The notes beneath the pieces are model-generated. The model was not told where the DNA came from and did not search any database. It was given only the letters and a program-made list of their open reading frames with translations. Below are positions 18,770 to 29,479 of a stretch of DNA of 64,000 nt, one piece after another. Position 1 is the first letter of the stretch; each line of letters begins with the position of its first letter. Both the position numbers and the translations under genes were made by a program. The DNA lies in assembly GCA_964631685.1 (NCBI GenBank), contig CAZVZU010000006.1:32001-96000 (forward strand), in the 5' to 3' direction. The DNA comes from an uncultured Actinomycetes bacterium (GTDB lineage Bacteria > SZUA-79 > Acidulodesulfobacterales > Acidulodesulfobacteraceae).

Positions 18770-20653
18770 TTACCTTATGAAGAAATAAAAAAGCAACGCT
18801 ACAACCCCGATAGATAGAGTCAATATATAACTCATCAGCATTCCGTTTTGTATTTTTTTTGTCTTAATAGAAAAAAATGCAAAACTTGAGGCGATACCGT
18901 TAACTGCGCCATCAATAAGCGCAATATCAACAACCTTCCATAGGAAATTAGAGAAACCTAAGACCAACCTCACAATCAAGAAATTATATATTTCATCAAT
19001 ATAAACCTTATTAAAAGATAGTACGCGCACGGGATTAAGGATACTGTTGATAATTTTAGGAACGTGAATCCTTTTGATATATAAAAGATATGCCACGAAT
19101 ATACCCAAAAGTCCGGCCAATACCGATATGAGACTTAAAAAATACCAAGGAGTATTATTTATGAACGGAGCAAAATTAAATGCATTCTGAAAATCAACAT
19201 GCAAATAATTGTAAAATATTGAACCATTAAACGGCGGGATACCCAAAAATCCTACTATCAATGCCAACGATGCCAATATTATCATGGGAACCGTCATAAG
19301 CTTCACAGATTCATGTACATGCACTTTCGGGTCAAGGTTGGATTTTCCAAAAAATGCGATAAATATTAGCCTAAAAATGTAAAAAGCAGTCATTGCAGCT
19401 GCCAATTCACCAATTACCCACGCAAAATAAAATCCCTTATTGTATGTATCCGCCAATATCGCATCTTTACTAAAAAATCCTGAAAATGGGGGGATTCCGG
19501 ACAAGGCAAGTCCGCCTACGATAAACGTAATCGCGGTTACCTTCATCTTCGAATATAATCCGCCCATCTTTCTTAAGTCTAATTCACCTGCAAGTCCGTG
19601 CATCACACTGCCTGCTGTTAAAAATAGCAACCCCTTAAAAATAGCGTGCGAAATAAGATGGAACATCCCTGCTGTATATGAGCCGATGCCGACTGCCATA
19701 AACATATAACCCAACTGACTTATAGTGGAATAAGCAATAATCCTTTTTATATCAAACTGCGTTAGTGCTATAAATGCTGCCAAAAAAGCGGTAATGGTTC
19801 CAATGGTCAAAACAACCCCTGATGCAAACGGCGAATACGAAAATATTATATGAAATCTAGCTATCATATAAACGCCGGCTGTAACCATAGTTGCGGCATG
19901 AATTAATGCGCTAACAGGGGTAGGACCTTCCATGGCATCTGGCAACCATACGTGTAATGGAAATTGCGCAGATTTTCCTATAGCCCCGGCAAACAGTAGT
20001 AACGCAATGACGGTAACAGTAAAAGATGGAAGAACCGGGACAATCTTGAATATTGCATCATAATTAAGCGTTCCGGTAGCCGTAAACAGCAGGAAAATTC
20101 CGATTGCAAACCCGAAGTCTCCAATTCTATTAACTATAAAAGCTTTTTTGCCAGCATCCACAGCAGATTTCTTTTCGTACCAGAAGCCAATTAAAATGTA
20201 CGAGCAAAATCCCACTGCTTCCCAGAAAACATATAAAAGCAGAAGATTATCCGAAATTACAAGCATTATCATTGAGAACACAAAAAGATTTAAAAACGAA
20301 AAATACCTCGAAAATCCTTTGTCTCCCTGCATATATCCAATGGAATATATATGAACCAATGTGCTTACTCCGGTAACCATGATAAGCATTATAACGGAAA
20401 GCCTATCAACAACCGCGGACACCCCTACCTTAAAATTTGCTGCATGAATCCACGGGTAAAGTGTACTTGTAAATCCGTGCGTATATGAAACGATAAAAAA
20501 TAGAATAACAGAAAGTATGAACGATATTCCTATAAAAGCACTCGCTGCATAACCCGCATACCCTTTGAAATATTTTCCGAAAAGGCCCCATAAAAGCCAG
20601 CCTGTTAAGGGAAATAAGGGTATTAACCATGTAATTAGTAATTTTGCATCCAT
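18770..20653 (-). CDS. nuoL: NADH-quinone oxidoreductase subunit L
   Basis: VHIYSIGYM, NRIGDFG, GKSAQFPLHVWLPDAMEGPTPVSALIHAATMV. Confidence 0.97.
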   Translation of the reverse strand: MDAKLLITWLIPLFPLTGWLLWGLFGKYFKGYAGYAASAFIGISFILSVILFFIVSYTHGFTSTLYPWIHAANFKVGVSAVVDRLSVIMLIMVTGVSTLVHIYSIGYMQGDKGFSRYFSFLNLFVFSMIMLVISDNLLLLYVFWEAVGFCSYILIGFWYEKKSAVDAGKKAFIVNRIGDFGFAIGIFLLFTATGTLNYDAIFKIVPVLPSFTVTVIALLLFAGAIGKSAQFPLHVWLPDAMEGPTPVSALIHAATMVTAGVYMIARFHIIFSYSPFASGVVLTIGTITAFLAAFIALTQFDIKRIIAYSTISQLGYMFMAVGIGSYTAGMFHLISHAIFKGLLFLTAGSVMHGLAGELDLRKMGGLYSKMKVTAITFIVGGLALSGIPPFSGFFSKDAILADTYNKGFYFAWVIGELAAAMTAFYIFRLIFIAFFGKSNLDPKVHVHESVKLMTVPMIILASLALIVGFLGIPPFNGSIFYNYLHVDFQNAFNFAPFINNTPWYFLSLISVLAGLLGIFVAYLLYIKRIHVPKIINSILNPVRVLSFNKVYIDEIYNFLIVRLVLGFSNFLWKVVDIALIDGAVNGIASSFAFFSIKTKKIQNGMLMSYILTLSIGVVALLFYFFIR

Positions 20654-20677
20654 CAAAAATGCCCTTTTATATTTAAT

Positions 20678-20986
20678 TTATAGTTTTAGCTCATTTGCTT
20701 TGTCTATATCTACAGTACCTTTCTCTCTATAAAAAGCAACGGCAATGCCAAGAGCTATCGCCGCCTCAGCGGCAGCCACGACCATAACGAAAATAACAAA
20801 GATATCCCCGCCTATTAGGTGCAGATAATCGGAAACAGCTACGAACCCCAAATTGGCAGCATTAAACATCAGTTCCAAGCTCATAAATATCACTATTAAG
20901 TTCTTGCGCATCAAAACACCAAACGCGCCGATGCAAAAAATTATTCCCGCGACAATCAGATAATCGTTCATAAACATGTTTATCAC
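20678..20986 (-). CDS. nuoK: NADH-quinone oxidoreductase subunit K
   Basis: RKNLIVIFMSLELMFNA, VAAAEAAIALG. Confidence 0.95.
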   Translation of the reverse strand: MINMFMNDYLIVAGIIFCIGAFGVLMRKNLIVIFMSLELMFNAANLGFVAVSDYLHLIGGDIFVIFVMVVAAAEAAIALGIAVAFYREKGTVDIDKANELKL

Positions 20987-21013
20987 AAATTAAAATTATT
21001 TATTTTGGTTAAA

Positions 21014-21517
21014 CTAATATTTCTTTTTGGCGAATAAATACGCACCTATTATAGCCACTAATAAAAGAATAGATGCCACCTCAAATGGAAATATATATTT
21101 TGTAAATAAAAATTCTCCTATAATCCGAGTATTTCCGACTTTATTGATAAGGGCACCCGTGTAGATACCCGTTGATTTTCCAGAAGATCCGTTAAGAATA
21201 TAAATGACTATTTCCGCAAATAAAATCACGGATATCACAACCGCTATCACCGTTTGGTGTAAATCTATTTTTAATTTTTTGATTTTTGAAAGATTTAATA
21301 ACATTATAACTAGCACAACCAGCACCATAATAGCCCCTGCATATACAAGAATCTGCATGGCCGCCAGAAACTGCATATTCAATATGACATAGAACCCTGC
21401 TAGCGCGAAAAAACAAAGTATTAAATATAAAGCCGAAGTCAACGGATTTTTCATTGATATAACCATTAAAGCCGAAAAAATAGCTATAACCGAAAAAATG
21501 TAAAAAAGCGCTTCCAA
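21014..21517 (-). CDS. nuoJ: NADH-quinone oxidoreductase subunit J
   Basis: QILVYAGAIMVL, PFEVASILLLVAIIGA; TTG start. Confidence 0.95.
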   Translation of the reverse strand: MEALFYIFSVIAIFSALMVISMKNPLTSALYLILCFFALAGFYVILNMQFLAAMQILVYAGAIMVLVVLVIMLLNLSKIKKLKIDLHQTVIAVVISVILFAEIVIYILNGSSGKSTGIYTGALINKVGNTRIIGEFLFTKYIFPFEVASILLLVAIIGAYLFAKKKY

Positions 21518-21548
21518 AATTACCCTCTTATTTATAAATTACAAAAAA

Positions 21549-22064
21549 TTAATCAGATTCGATTAACTGTTCTATAGAATAAATACCTTCATCTCGAGTA
21601 TAAAATGCCACTTCATAATTGCTTCCCATACTTATAGCCTCTTCAGGGCAAATCTCTTCACAATAACCACAACAGATGCATCTTAGCAAATCAATATCGA
21701 AGGATAAAGGATGCCTTCTTCCGTCATCGAATATCCCAGGCTTAAGTTTATCTAGACTGTGATTATGTTTTTGTCTATCCGTAAGCTCATGTTTGTCTCC
21801 ATAATTGACATAACCGGTTCTTATTTTGATAGCCCCTGATGGGCAAACAGTTTGGCATAAACAACATGCAACACACCGCAATGAGCCATCACTGTTTACA
21901 TTAAGCTTAGGAAATGCCCTGAATCTTTCAGCAATCTGAAGCCTTTCTCTCGGATATTGAACGGTTACCGGCTTATCGAAAAAAGTCTTTATCGTAGTCT
22001 TTAGTCCTATAAGCAGATTTTTTGAAATCTCTATAATGGAATTTTCCTGTTTTTTTGTATCCAT
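21549..22064 (-). CDS. nuoI: NADH-quinone oxidoreductase subunit I
   Basis: TVQYP, CVACCLCQTVCP and CICCGYCEEICP (two [4Fe-4S]). Confidence 0.95.
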   Translation of the reverse strand: MDTKKQENSIIEISKNLLIGLKTTIKTFFDKPVTVQYPRERLQIAERFRAFPKLNVNSDGSLRCVACCLCQTVCPSGAIKIRTGYVNYGDKHELTDRQKHNHSLDKLKPGIFDDGRRHPLSFDIDLLRCICCGYCEEICPEEAISMGSNYEVAFYTRDEGIYSIEQLIESD

Positions 22065-22081
22065 TTTATTTTTTAATTTGT

Positions 22082-23065
22082 TTATTTTATTAGAATCATT
22101 ATGAAACCGGTAACAACAATATTAGCTAATGCCAACGGTAATAAAAACTTCCATCCAAAATCCATCAGTTCGTCATATCTCAATCTTGGATATGTCCACC
22201 TCAACCATAAATAGATCAGTATAACAAAGAAAAGCTTTATTAAAAACCATACGACGGACGGAAGAAATGGCCCTTGCCATCCACCTAAGAATAGAGTGAC
22301 TATTATAGCACTATTGACCACTACTTGGGCATATTCACCGATAAAATAAAACGCAAACTCCATACTCGAATATTCTGTATGAAAACCTGCAACAATCTCT
22401 CCTTCAGCCTCACCTAAGTCAAAAGGAACCCTATTCATTTCAGCAGTAGAAGCAAGTAAATAGATTATAAAACCGACAGGCTGATAAACTATAAACCAGA
22501 TATGCGACTGCTTGGAAACAATTCCTGCTAAACTTAAATCCCCCGCAATCATTATTATTCCAATAATCGAAAGAACAAGGGGAATCTCATAGCTTATCAT
22601 TTGAGCCGCTGTTCTTATACCTCCAAGCAATGAATATTTACTGTTAGACGCCCACCCGCCTAAAACAACTCCATAAATACCAAGCGACGAAAGGGCTAAA
22701 ACAAAAAGTATTCCAATATTTACATCTGTCACCTGAAGTGGAACGATATGCCCTAAGATTTTAATAGGTGCTCCAAACGGTATCACTGCGAATGTGGTTA
22801 GTGCCGGTATAACAACGATTATAGGAGCAAGAAGAAATAATATCTTATCTGCACCAGCAGGTATGATGTCTTCCTTGAAAAAAAGCTTTATCCCGTCAGC
22901 CATAGGCTGCAATAAACCGTGAAATCCCGCCTCCATCGGTCCCATTCTATTTTGAATTCTAGCCGCTACCTTGCGCTCTAAAAGGGTTAAGTAAGCCGCC
23001 GATAGAAGTAAAACGGTAAAAACTATTAATATTTTTATAACTTCCGTTATGAGCCAGAATACCAT
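22082..23065 (-). CDS. nuoH: NADH-quinone oxidoreductase subunit H
   Basis: ERKVAARIQNRMGP, ADGIKLFFKED, AQMISYE, NRVPFDL.EAE.E, PRLRYDELM. Confidence 0.97.
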   Translation of the reverse strand: MVFWLITEVIKILIVFTVLLLSAAYLTLLERKVAARIQNRMGPMEAGFHGLLQPMADGIKLFFKEDIIPAGADKILFLLAPIIVVIPALTTFAVIPFGAPIKILGHIVPLQVTDVNIGILFVLALSSLGIYGVVLGGWASNSKYSLLGGIRTAAQMISYEIPLVLSIIGIIMIAGDLSLAGIVSKQSHIWFIVYQPVGFIIYLLASTAEMNRVPFDLGEAEGEIVAGFHTEYSSMEFAFYFIGEYAQVVVNSAIIVTLFLGGWQGPFLPSVVWFLIKLFFVILIYLWLRWTYPRLRYDELMDFGWKFLLPLALANIVVTGFIMILIK

Positions 23066-23105
23066 AATTTTTATAAATTAAATAATTTAACGATGTTTTA
23101 TTTTT

Positions 23106-25214
23106 TTAATAAAGTAATTTAGTCTTGTCATTGTAATAGAATCGACTTTTACTTTTAAATTTGTTATAAGATATAGCATTTTCGGTCTTTAAAGTTTCAA
23201 CGAATCCGGACAATCCCTCGCTTGCAAGATCAAAATCATGTCCCAATTTATTCGCTATCTTAGTCAAAAGGTCTAAAATTCCACTTCTACATCCACCAAG
23301 ATGAAACTCATTGTTTATATTTAGTGTTTTGCCTTCAAAATTTTCGTAAAACGCATCTTTTAGCTCAAGAAAATCGTATATTGGTATAACGACATCTGCC
23401 ATAGCCGACACTATGCTTGATTTAGAGGAAAAAACCGCCAGATACTCCAAATCGCAAATATGCTTCATTAACTCTTTTCCTGCATCATTATTTATAGGAT
23501 CGCCTATATATATAAGATTTTTTATTTTTCCGGTTTCAAACCCTGAAAGTACGGAATTATAGCCATAACCATCTGTGGGATTTACTCCTGAATTAATAAG
23601 ACCTCTGTAATTAAACGGTTTAATTAGAGGATAAACAGAAACTATCTTTTGTTTATCTCTCAAAAACTCAACGATCTCCCCTATAGCAGAAATACTACTG
23701 CCCATATCACAAGCCGACATAGGGTAATCGCCTATTAATATGGAAACTGCGCTCGCCTTAAGAACATATTCGGTAATTTCATCGTCTTCATCAGGGCCAT
23801 TGCCGTATATATTAAGCTTTAAATCATTTAGAAAATCATGAATGGCAAATAGCTCAATATTCCTCCTTATACAAGCAATATCTTCGAACCTCGTAAGATC
23901 CGTCTTTGTAGATTTTTTAATGTTTATAAGAAAGAGTGTTCCGCCGTGTTCTCTGTGTGCCTTCATGATATTATACGTAGCATAAGGCAATTCATCCTCT
24001 ATGGAACCTATATATATCATGATCTCCGAGTTTTGCAATGTCTTTATATTGAAATTTTCTTCATTTCTAAAAACGGATTTAAACCTATTAAAATTTTCTC
24101 TATAAAATTCGGATTCAGCTATATCAAAATAGGCAGGCTTTAAAATGTGCTTTACGAAACCGGATATTACAAAACCGTCATTTGTGGATATCCCCGGCGA
24201 TACTAAAACTGCCGTATCTTTCATCCCGCCCTTCTCCGATATATTTCTTATTTTTAACGCAATCTCGTTTACAGCTTCTTCTGAGCCGACCTCTGTAGGC
24301 ACAGATTTCCTTTTGATATGAGGAATATTAATATAATATTCCTCATGTTTTCCTATGCCCTCATAAAAAAAACCAGCTTTACATAGATACCCGCCATATA
24401 AAGAGGCTGTCCTAACTAGCGACTCTTCTTTGTCATATCTATAATACTCCATCCTGCATGCAGCAGCACACTTATCACAAACGGATGAAAAAGGGGATTC
24501 CTGCCAATATCTTTCTTTAAATTTAGAAGGCTTGGAAAGCAATGCGCCCACAGGGCAAACCTCCACGCAATTTCCGCAATAATAGCAATCCAAATAATCT
24601 ATGTCTCTTTTAATTTCCGTAAATGAACAGTTCTCCGACGGCTCAGACCCCATATGCAACTTATCGTCGTCTTTTAAACCTATATATCCGCTGTATCCTC
24701 TATCTTTTATTTGAATAAACGGATTTCCGTACATATCGGTACACACCCTTATACATCTAGAACATAACACGCATCTTGTCGCCGTATACTGTATAAGGTC
24801 GCTTTTAAATATATTATGCGTCCTGTCAGGAAAAACTTTCTTGTTTTGCTGAGTAGTGAGCCCAAACTCAAAAGAAAGGTTTTGGAGCTCGCATTCTCCT
24901 GATTTATCACAAACAGGACAATCCAATGGATGATCTAGTAAAAGATAGGACATCAACTCTCTTCTCAGTTTACGTAGTTTTTCGGTATCAGTTAATATTT
25001 CATAACCTTCTTTGACCTTTGCTACGCAGGATGGAAGAGGGTTCTTGACTCCCTTAACCTCCACCGCACAAATTCTACACGAGCCGACGGGCCTGAGCCT
25101 TCTAAGATAACACAACACAGGTATCCTTATGCCATTTTGGGCTGCCGCCTCAAGAATGGTAATGCCTGTCCTTGTCATAATCTTTTTGCCGTTTATTGTA
25201 ACCTCTATATCCAA
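23106..25214 (-). CDS. nuoG: NuoG/SfrA-like Fe-S subunit
   Basis: 2Fe-2S (C..GSCRIC..C), HPLDCPVCDKSGECELQ, CVLCSRC, CYYCGNCVEVCP, CDKCAAAC...C; divergent C-terminal molybdopterin-fold region; TTG start. Confidence 0.88.
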   Translation of the reverse strand: MDIEVTINGKKIMTRTGITILEAAAQNGIRIPVLCYLRRLRPVGSCRICAVEVKGVKNPLPSCVAKVKEGYEILTDTEKLRKLRRELMSYLLLDHPLDCPVCDKSGECELQNLSFEFGLTTQQNKKVFPDRTHNIFKSDLIQYTATRCVLCSRCIRVCTDMYGNPFIQIKDRGYSGYIGLKDDDKLHMGSEPSENCSFTEIKRDIDYLDCYYCGNCVEVCPVGALLSKPSKFKERYWQESPFSSVCDKCAAACRMEYYRYDKEESLVRTASLYGGYLCKAGFFYEGIGKHEEYYINIPHIKRKSVPTEVGSEEAVNEIALKIRNISEKGGMKDTAVLVSPGISTNDGFVISGFVKHILKPAYFDIAESEFYRENFNRFKSVFRNEENFNIKTLQNSEIMIYIGSIEDELPYATYNIMKAHREHGGTLFLINIKKSTKTDLTRFEDIACIRRNIELFAIHDFLNDLKLNIYGNGPDEDDEITEYVLKASAVSILIGDYPMSACDMGSSISAIGEIVEFLRDKQKIVSVYPLIKPFNYRGLINSGVNPTDGYGYNSVLSGFETGKIKNLIYIGDPINNDAGKELMKHICDLEYLAVFSSKSSIVSAMADVVIPIYDFLELKDAFYENFEGKTLNINNEFHLGGCRSGILDLLTKIANKLGHDFDLASEGLSGFVETLKTENAISYNKFKSKSRFYYNDKTKLLY

Positions 25215-25218
25215 TTTT

Positions 25219-27132
25219 TTAATCCTCTTTAAACTTCACAAGCATGAGTAGATAACATCGCATACACCTCGTTGCCTCATAAATAACGTTATCACTTGTT
25301 AAGCCTTTATCGACTTCCTTAAAATTTTTTACACACATTTCTACAGGTTCTTCCAACTGTTTAGCCGCAAAATTTCCTTCTGGAAAATCGGTATAGTCTA
25401 CTACCTCTTTTTTGTCGTACACACCAAGCTGTTCAAAGAGGTACTCAAAAAGACAGTCATCGGTCGGCTCAAATGTGCCTGTTCTTATGTATTGATCTAT
25501 CCTTCTCGCGGCATTCTTACCGTCGCGATTTGAATCAATTATGCTCATGGGTCCGGTAAGAACATCCCCTCCGACAAATACTCCCTGCATATCGGTCATA
25601 TGGGTAAACTTATCGGCTACTATAATTCTATCCTTATTGGCTGTCTTAATTTGGGGCGTATCCTTTAAGAAACTTATATCAGGAACCTGTCCAACCGCCA
25701 TAATAAATGCATCACATTCAATATCAAAATGTGAGTCGGGTATTTCGACCGGACTCTTTCGTCCACTCTTATCTATTTCACCAAGCGTCATTTTTGTACA
25801 TCTTATACCCTTAACCGCTCTGTTCTCCTGTATCACACTTACTGGATTTGTTAAAAATTCGAACTTTACTCCCTCTTTCGCGGCGGTATCCACTTCATAA
25901 GACGCTGCCGGCATCTGCTCCTTTGCTCTTCTGTATACAACTACAACATCTTGAAACCCTAATCTAATCGCCGTTCTACAACAATCTATAGCAACATTGC
26001 CCCCGCCTTCTATTACAATTTTACTACAAGTATCTATTTTATTTCCCAATGCAACATTGCGCAAAAACTCAACTCCATCATAAAAACCCTTGAGATTATC
26101 GTTTTCCCCTGGCAAATTTATATTCTGCCCCTTATGCGCGCCCACTGCAATAAAAACAGCCTTAAAATCCTGTTTAAAAAGATCAACTATCTTAAAATCG
26201 GTTCCAAGTCTCTGATTTAATTCATAATCCACTCCGGTAGAGAGAATGTAACCAATCTCTTTGTCAAGAAATTCTTGAGGTAATCTGTATCTTGGGATAC
26301 CAACGGTCATCATGCCACCCAAAACAGACAGCGCTTCAAATATTACAGGTTTATATCCCATTAAACGCAAGTAATAAGCACAACTTAAACCTGCAGGGCC
26401 AGAGCCTATTATTGCTACCTTGATTCCGTTACTTTTAATTGCAAACTTCTGTTTAACATCTGAATAAAAAGCATTATCGGCGGCAAATCTCCTGATTAAA
26501 CATATCTGAATGGTTTCATCAACATTAGCCCTGCGGCAATTATCCTGACACGGATGAAAGCATGTCCTCCCTAAAATTCCGGCCAGCGGGGTACTTCTCC
26601 TCACTGATTCGAGCGCATCTTCATATCTGCCGTCCCTAACCTTTTCAATCCAGTTCGGAATATCCAACTTAGACGGACATGCATTAACGCACGGGGCAGT
26701 CACATGGGCTATATATTTTCCCTTTGGAATAATTTCCTTATTTACTATTGCCCTTTCAAAGTCTTCTCTGAAATTATCAATTAGCTCAACAACAGCAGAC
26801 GGCCCTATATTTCCCACTGTGCATTTAGAAGACGACAAAATCCAATCACATTGATTCCTTAATCTGTCTAAATCTTCCAGTATAGCGTTACCGTTACACA
26901 TATGCTCAAGAATGTCGGCGGCAACTGAGGTTCCGACCGTGCACGGTACACAAACGCCACAAGAAAGCTTTTGAAGCTCCTGCATATAACATCGAGCAAG
27001 GTCAACCTTATTATCATTCTCATCCAGTAAAATAGCACCATTCCAGTTAAGAATAGAAGATATATCGGCATGACCTGCCTTTTTAAAGTACGAAATATCT
27101 AACTTCGAACCGATCTTATCAATAATTTTCAT
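25219..27132 (-). CDS. FAD/Fe-S NAD(P)H oxidoreductase (SfrB/GltD-like with N-terminal NuoF-type 4Fe-4S domain), at the nuoEF position
   Basis: SCGVCVPC...C (NuoF N3-like), APCVNACP..GRTCFHPCQDNC (GltD Fe-S), IIGSGPAG, GIPRYRLP, GGGNVAIDC, YRRAKEQM, RCMRC; start moved to ATG 27132 to avoid overlap with nuoD. Confidence 0.85.
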   Translation of the reverse strand: MKIIDKIGSKLDISYFKKAGHADISSILNWNGAILLDENDNKVDLARCYMQELQKLSCGVCVPCTVGTSVAADILEHMCNGNAILEDLDRLRNQCDWILSSSKCTVGNIGPSAVVELIDNFREDFERAIVNKEIIPKGKYIAHVTAPCVNACPSKLDIPNWIEKVRDGRYEDALESVRRSTPLAGILGRTCFHPCQDNCRRANVDETIQICLIRRFAADNAFYSDVKQKFAIKSNGIKVAIIGSGPAGLSCAYYLRLMGYKPVIFEALSVLGGMMTVGIPRYRLPQEFLDKEIGYILSTGVDYELNQRLGTDFKIVDLFKQDFKAVFIAVGAHKGQNINLPGENDNLKGFYDGVEFLRNVALGNKIDTCSKIVIEGGGNVAIDCCRTAIRLGFQDVVVVYRRAKEQMPAASYEVDTAAKEGVKFEFLTNPVSVIQENRAVKGIRCTKMTLGEIDKSGRKSPVEIPDSHFDIECDAFIMAVGQVPDISFLKDTPQIKTANKDRIIVADKFTHMTDMQGVFVGGDVLTGPMSIIDSNRDGKNAARRIDQYIRTGTFEPTDDCLFEYLFEQLGVYDKKEVVDYTDFPEGNFAAKQLEEPVEMCVKNFKEVDKGLTSDNVIYEATRCMRCYLLMLVKFKED

Positions 27133-27166
27133 ATGATCAAATTTACGATAATAAGTTAAATTTATC

Positions 27167-28366
27167 CTACCTATCCACTTCTCCCAATAATATATCGACA
27201 CTGCCCATAATTGCAACCAAATCGGCAAGCAGATATCCCTTCGTCATTTTACACAAAGCGCTGATATTGCAAAACGACGGCGGTCTCACCCTCATGCGGT
27301 AAGGAAAAGCTGAGCCGTCTGAAACCAAGTAAAACCCTAATTCTCCTCTTGGATTTTCCACTGAGTGATACGCCTCGCCCTTAGGCGGCTTTATCCCTTC
27401 CATGCCATATTTAAAAAGCGATATCATCCCCTCCATAGTAGTCAATGCGCGTCTCTTAGGAGGAATAACATACTTCGGGTATTCATCATAACTTAAATAT
27501 TCTCCCTCTGGAATGTTTTCCACTGCCTGCTCAATTATCTTAAGACTCTGCCGCATCTCTTCTATTCTTACAAAATATCTATCGTAAACATCTCCGGTAT
27601 CTCCAATCGGGATATCAAATTCAAAATCCTCATAACTCGAATACGGATTCGCTTTTCTCACGTCATATTGTAATCCGCTACCTCTTAAATTAGGCCCGGT
27701 AAAAGCATAACTCACAGCATCCTCAATAGAAATTATACCTAAATTCTTGGTCCTTTCTAGCCAAATTTTATTTTTTGTGAGTAACGCCTCATATTCAACA
27801 ATTTTTTCTGGAAAAATCTTTATAAAACTTCTTGTCTTGTCTATGAAATCCTTGTGTATATCCATTGCAAGACCCCCAACGCGAAAAAACGAGGGTGTCA
27901 TTCTAGCACCCGTAACGGCTTCTATAATATCTAATATTAGTTCTCTTTCGCGAAAACAGTACAAAAACTCCGTAAGCGCGCCCAAATCCACCGCATGAGT
28001 AGCCAACCATACAAGATGGGAACTTATTCTTGTGAACTCAGCTAAAATTACCCTAACATACTCCGCTCTCTTTGGAGCCTTAACGCCGCATAGTTTTTCA
28101 ACGGCAAGAATATAACCTAAATTATTCGATACGGCGGAAACATAATCCATCCTATCCGTAATGGTCTCTGCTTGATGATAGGTTTTGAATTCGGCACATT
28201 TTTCCATGCTAGTATGCAGATAGCCTATAATGGGCTCCGCATCAAGAATAACCTCCCCGTCCATTTTAACCAAAACCCTAAGGACGCCATGGGTAGCAGG
28301 ATGTGAAGGTCCAATGTTTAACGAAAACTTATCTACTTCTATTAAGAAATCTTTGTATTCGAACAT
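27167..28366 (-). CDS. nuoD: NADH-quinone oxidoreductase subunit D
   Basis: GPSHPATHGVLR, DRMDYV, ENPRGELG, GEVDR. Confidence 0.97.
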   Translation of the reverse strand: MFEYKDFLIEVDKFSLNIGPSHPATHGVLRVLVKMDGEVILDAEPIIGYLHTSMEKCAEFKTYHQAETITDRMDYVSAVSNNLGYILAVEKLCGVKAPKRAEYVRVILAEFTRISSHLVWLATHAVDLGALTEFLYCFRERELILDIIEAVTGARMTPSFFRVGGLAMDIHKDFIDKTRSFIKIFPEKIVEYEALLTKNKIWLERTKNLGIISIEDAVSYAFTGPNLRGSGLQYDVRKANPYSSYEDFEFDIPIGDTGDVYDRYFVRIEEMRQSLKIIEQAVENIPEGEYLSYDEYPKYVIPPKRRALTTMEGMISLFKYGMEGIKPPKGEAYHSVENPRGELGFYLVSDGSAFPYRMRVRPPSFCNISALCKMTKGYLLADLVAIMGSVDILLGEVDR

Positions 28367-28395
28367 TATTAAATCTTCTCTAAATAATTTGATTT

Positions 28396-28923
28396 TTACG
28401 GTTTTTGATCTGTCTTATTTAACACCGTATAGCCCGGTGTATCAAAATTTATTTTTTCTACCGGCGGTCTTTGTTTTAAAGGATAATCCTTGAGTAGCGG
28501 ATGTCCTTCCCAATCATCTGGATTTAATATCCTTTTTAAATCGGGATGCCCCTTAAATTTTAACCCGAACATATCGTAAACTTCCCTTTCAAACCAATTT
28601 GCCGACTCATATAATGGGGTCAAACTAGGATAATCAGGCTCGTCCATTTTACTTTTTACCTTAATAAATATGGTAAAATTATTTTTTGTAGAATAAAAAT
28701 TATAAATCACCTCTATCCTATCTGCTTTTTTAGGATAATCAACCGCAAATAAATCTGATAGCATATCAAATTGTAACCTAATATCATCCCTCATGAATTT
28801 TGCAAAAGCAACGATACGCTCTCTACCAGTAAATATATGGATATCTCCGTTAGAGGTTTCAACCGATATAATATCTTTAGCCATAGACTCTTTTATAACG
28901 CTGAGCGCAAATAGAACATCCAT
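28396..28923 (-). CDS. nuoC: NADH-quinone oxidoreductase subunit C
   Basis: ANWFEREVYDMFG..GHPDLKRIL..GHPLLKDYP. Confidence 0.96.
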   Translation of the reverse strand: MDVLFALSVIKESMAKDIISVETSNGDIHIFTGRERIVAFAKFMRDDIRLQFDMLSDLFAVDYPKKADRIEVIYNFYSTKNNFTIFIKVKSKMDEPDYPSLTPLYESANWFEREVYDMFGLKFKGHPDLKRILNPDDWEGHPLLKDYPLKQRPPVEKINFDTPGYTVLNKTDQKP

Positions 28924-28984
28924 CTTGTTAATGCCTACACTATTTAGTTAATTTGCTGTACACAAAACTTGAAATTGCTACGAT

Positions 28985-29479
28985 TTACCTTATAATCTCG
29001 GGTGGTCCCTCTTTCCTTATCGTTCCTTTTTCTATTTTTTCTTGAAGTTTTACTATGCCATATATAAGAGCCTCCGGCCTAGGCGGACAGCCTGGAACGT
29101 AAACATCAACCGGAATAAATCTGTCAACCCCCTGTATTATACTATAAACATCAAAAAGCCCCCCGGAACAAGCGCAATCTCCCATCGCAATAACCCACTT
29201 AGGATTTGGCATCTGATCGTAAATTCTTTTAACCATAGGCGCCATTTTATATGAAACACGTCCAGATACAATGATTAAATCAGACTGCCTAGGGCTTGAC
29301 CTAAAAATCAGACCTAACCTGTCAAAGTCATAGCGAGAAGAGGCGACCGTCATCATTTCGATAGCGCAACAAGCTAAGCCGAAGGTTGCCGGCCAAATAG
29401 ACCACTTTCTACCCCACGAAACAAGTTTATCCAGGGAAGTAGTTATAATATTATCACCGATATGCTCTTCTAATCCCAT
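28985..29479 (-). CDS. nuoB: NADH-quinone oxidoreductase subunit B
   Basis: [33 protein letters not shown]. Confidence 0.97.
   Translation of the reverse strand: MGLEEHIGDNIITTSLDKLVSWGRKWSIWPATFGLACCAIEMMTVASSRYDFDRLGLIFRSSPRQSDLIIVSGRVSYKMAPMVKRIYDQMPNPKWVIAMGDCACSGGLFDVYSIIQGVDRFIPVDVYVPGCPPRPEALIYGIVKLQEKIEKGTIRKEGPPEIIR

Noticed and set aside
27133..27228. Longer start for the SfrB-like gene
   Set aside because: Overlaps the nuoD 3' end out of frame; ATG 27132 is more plausible.
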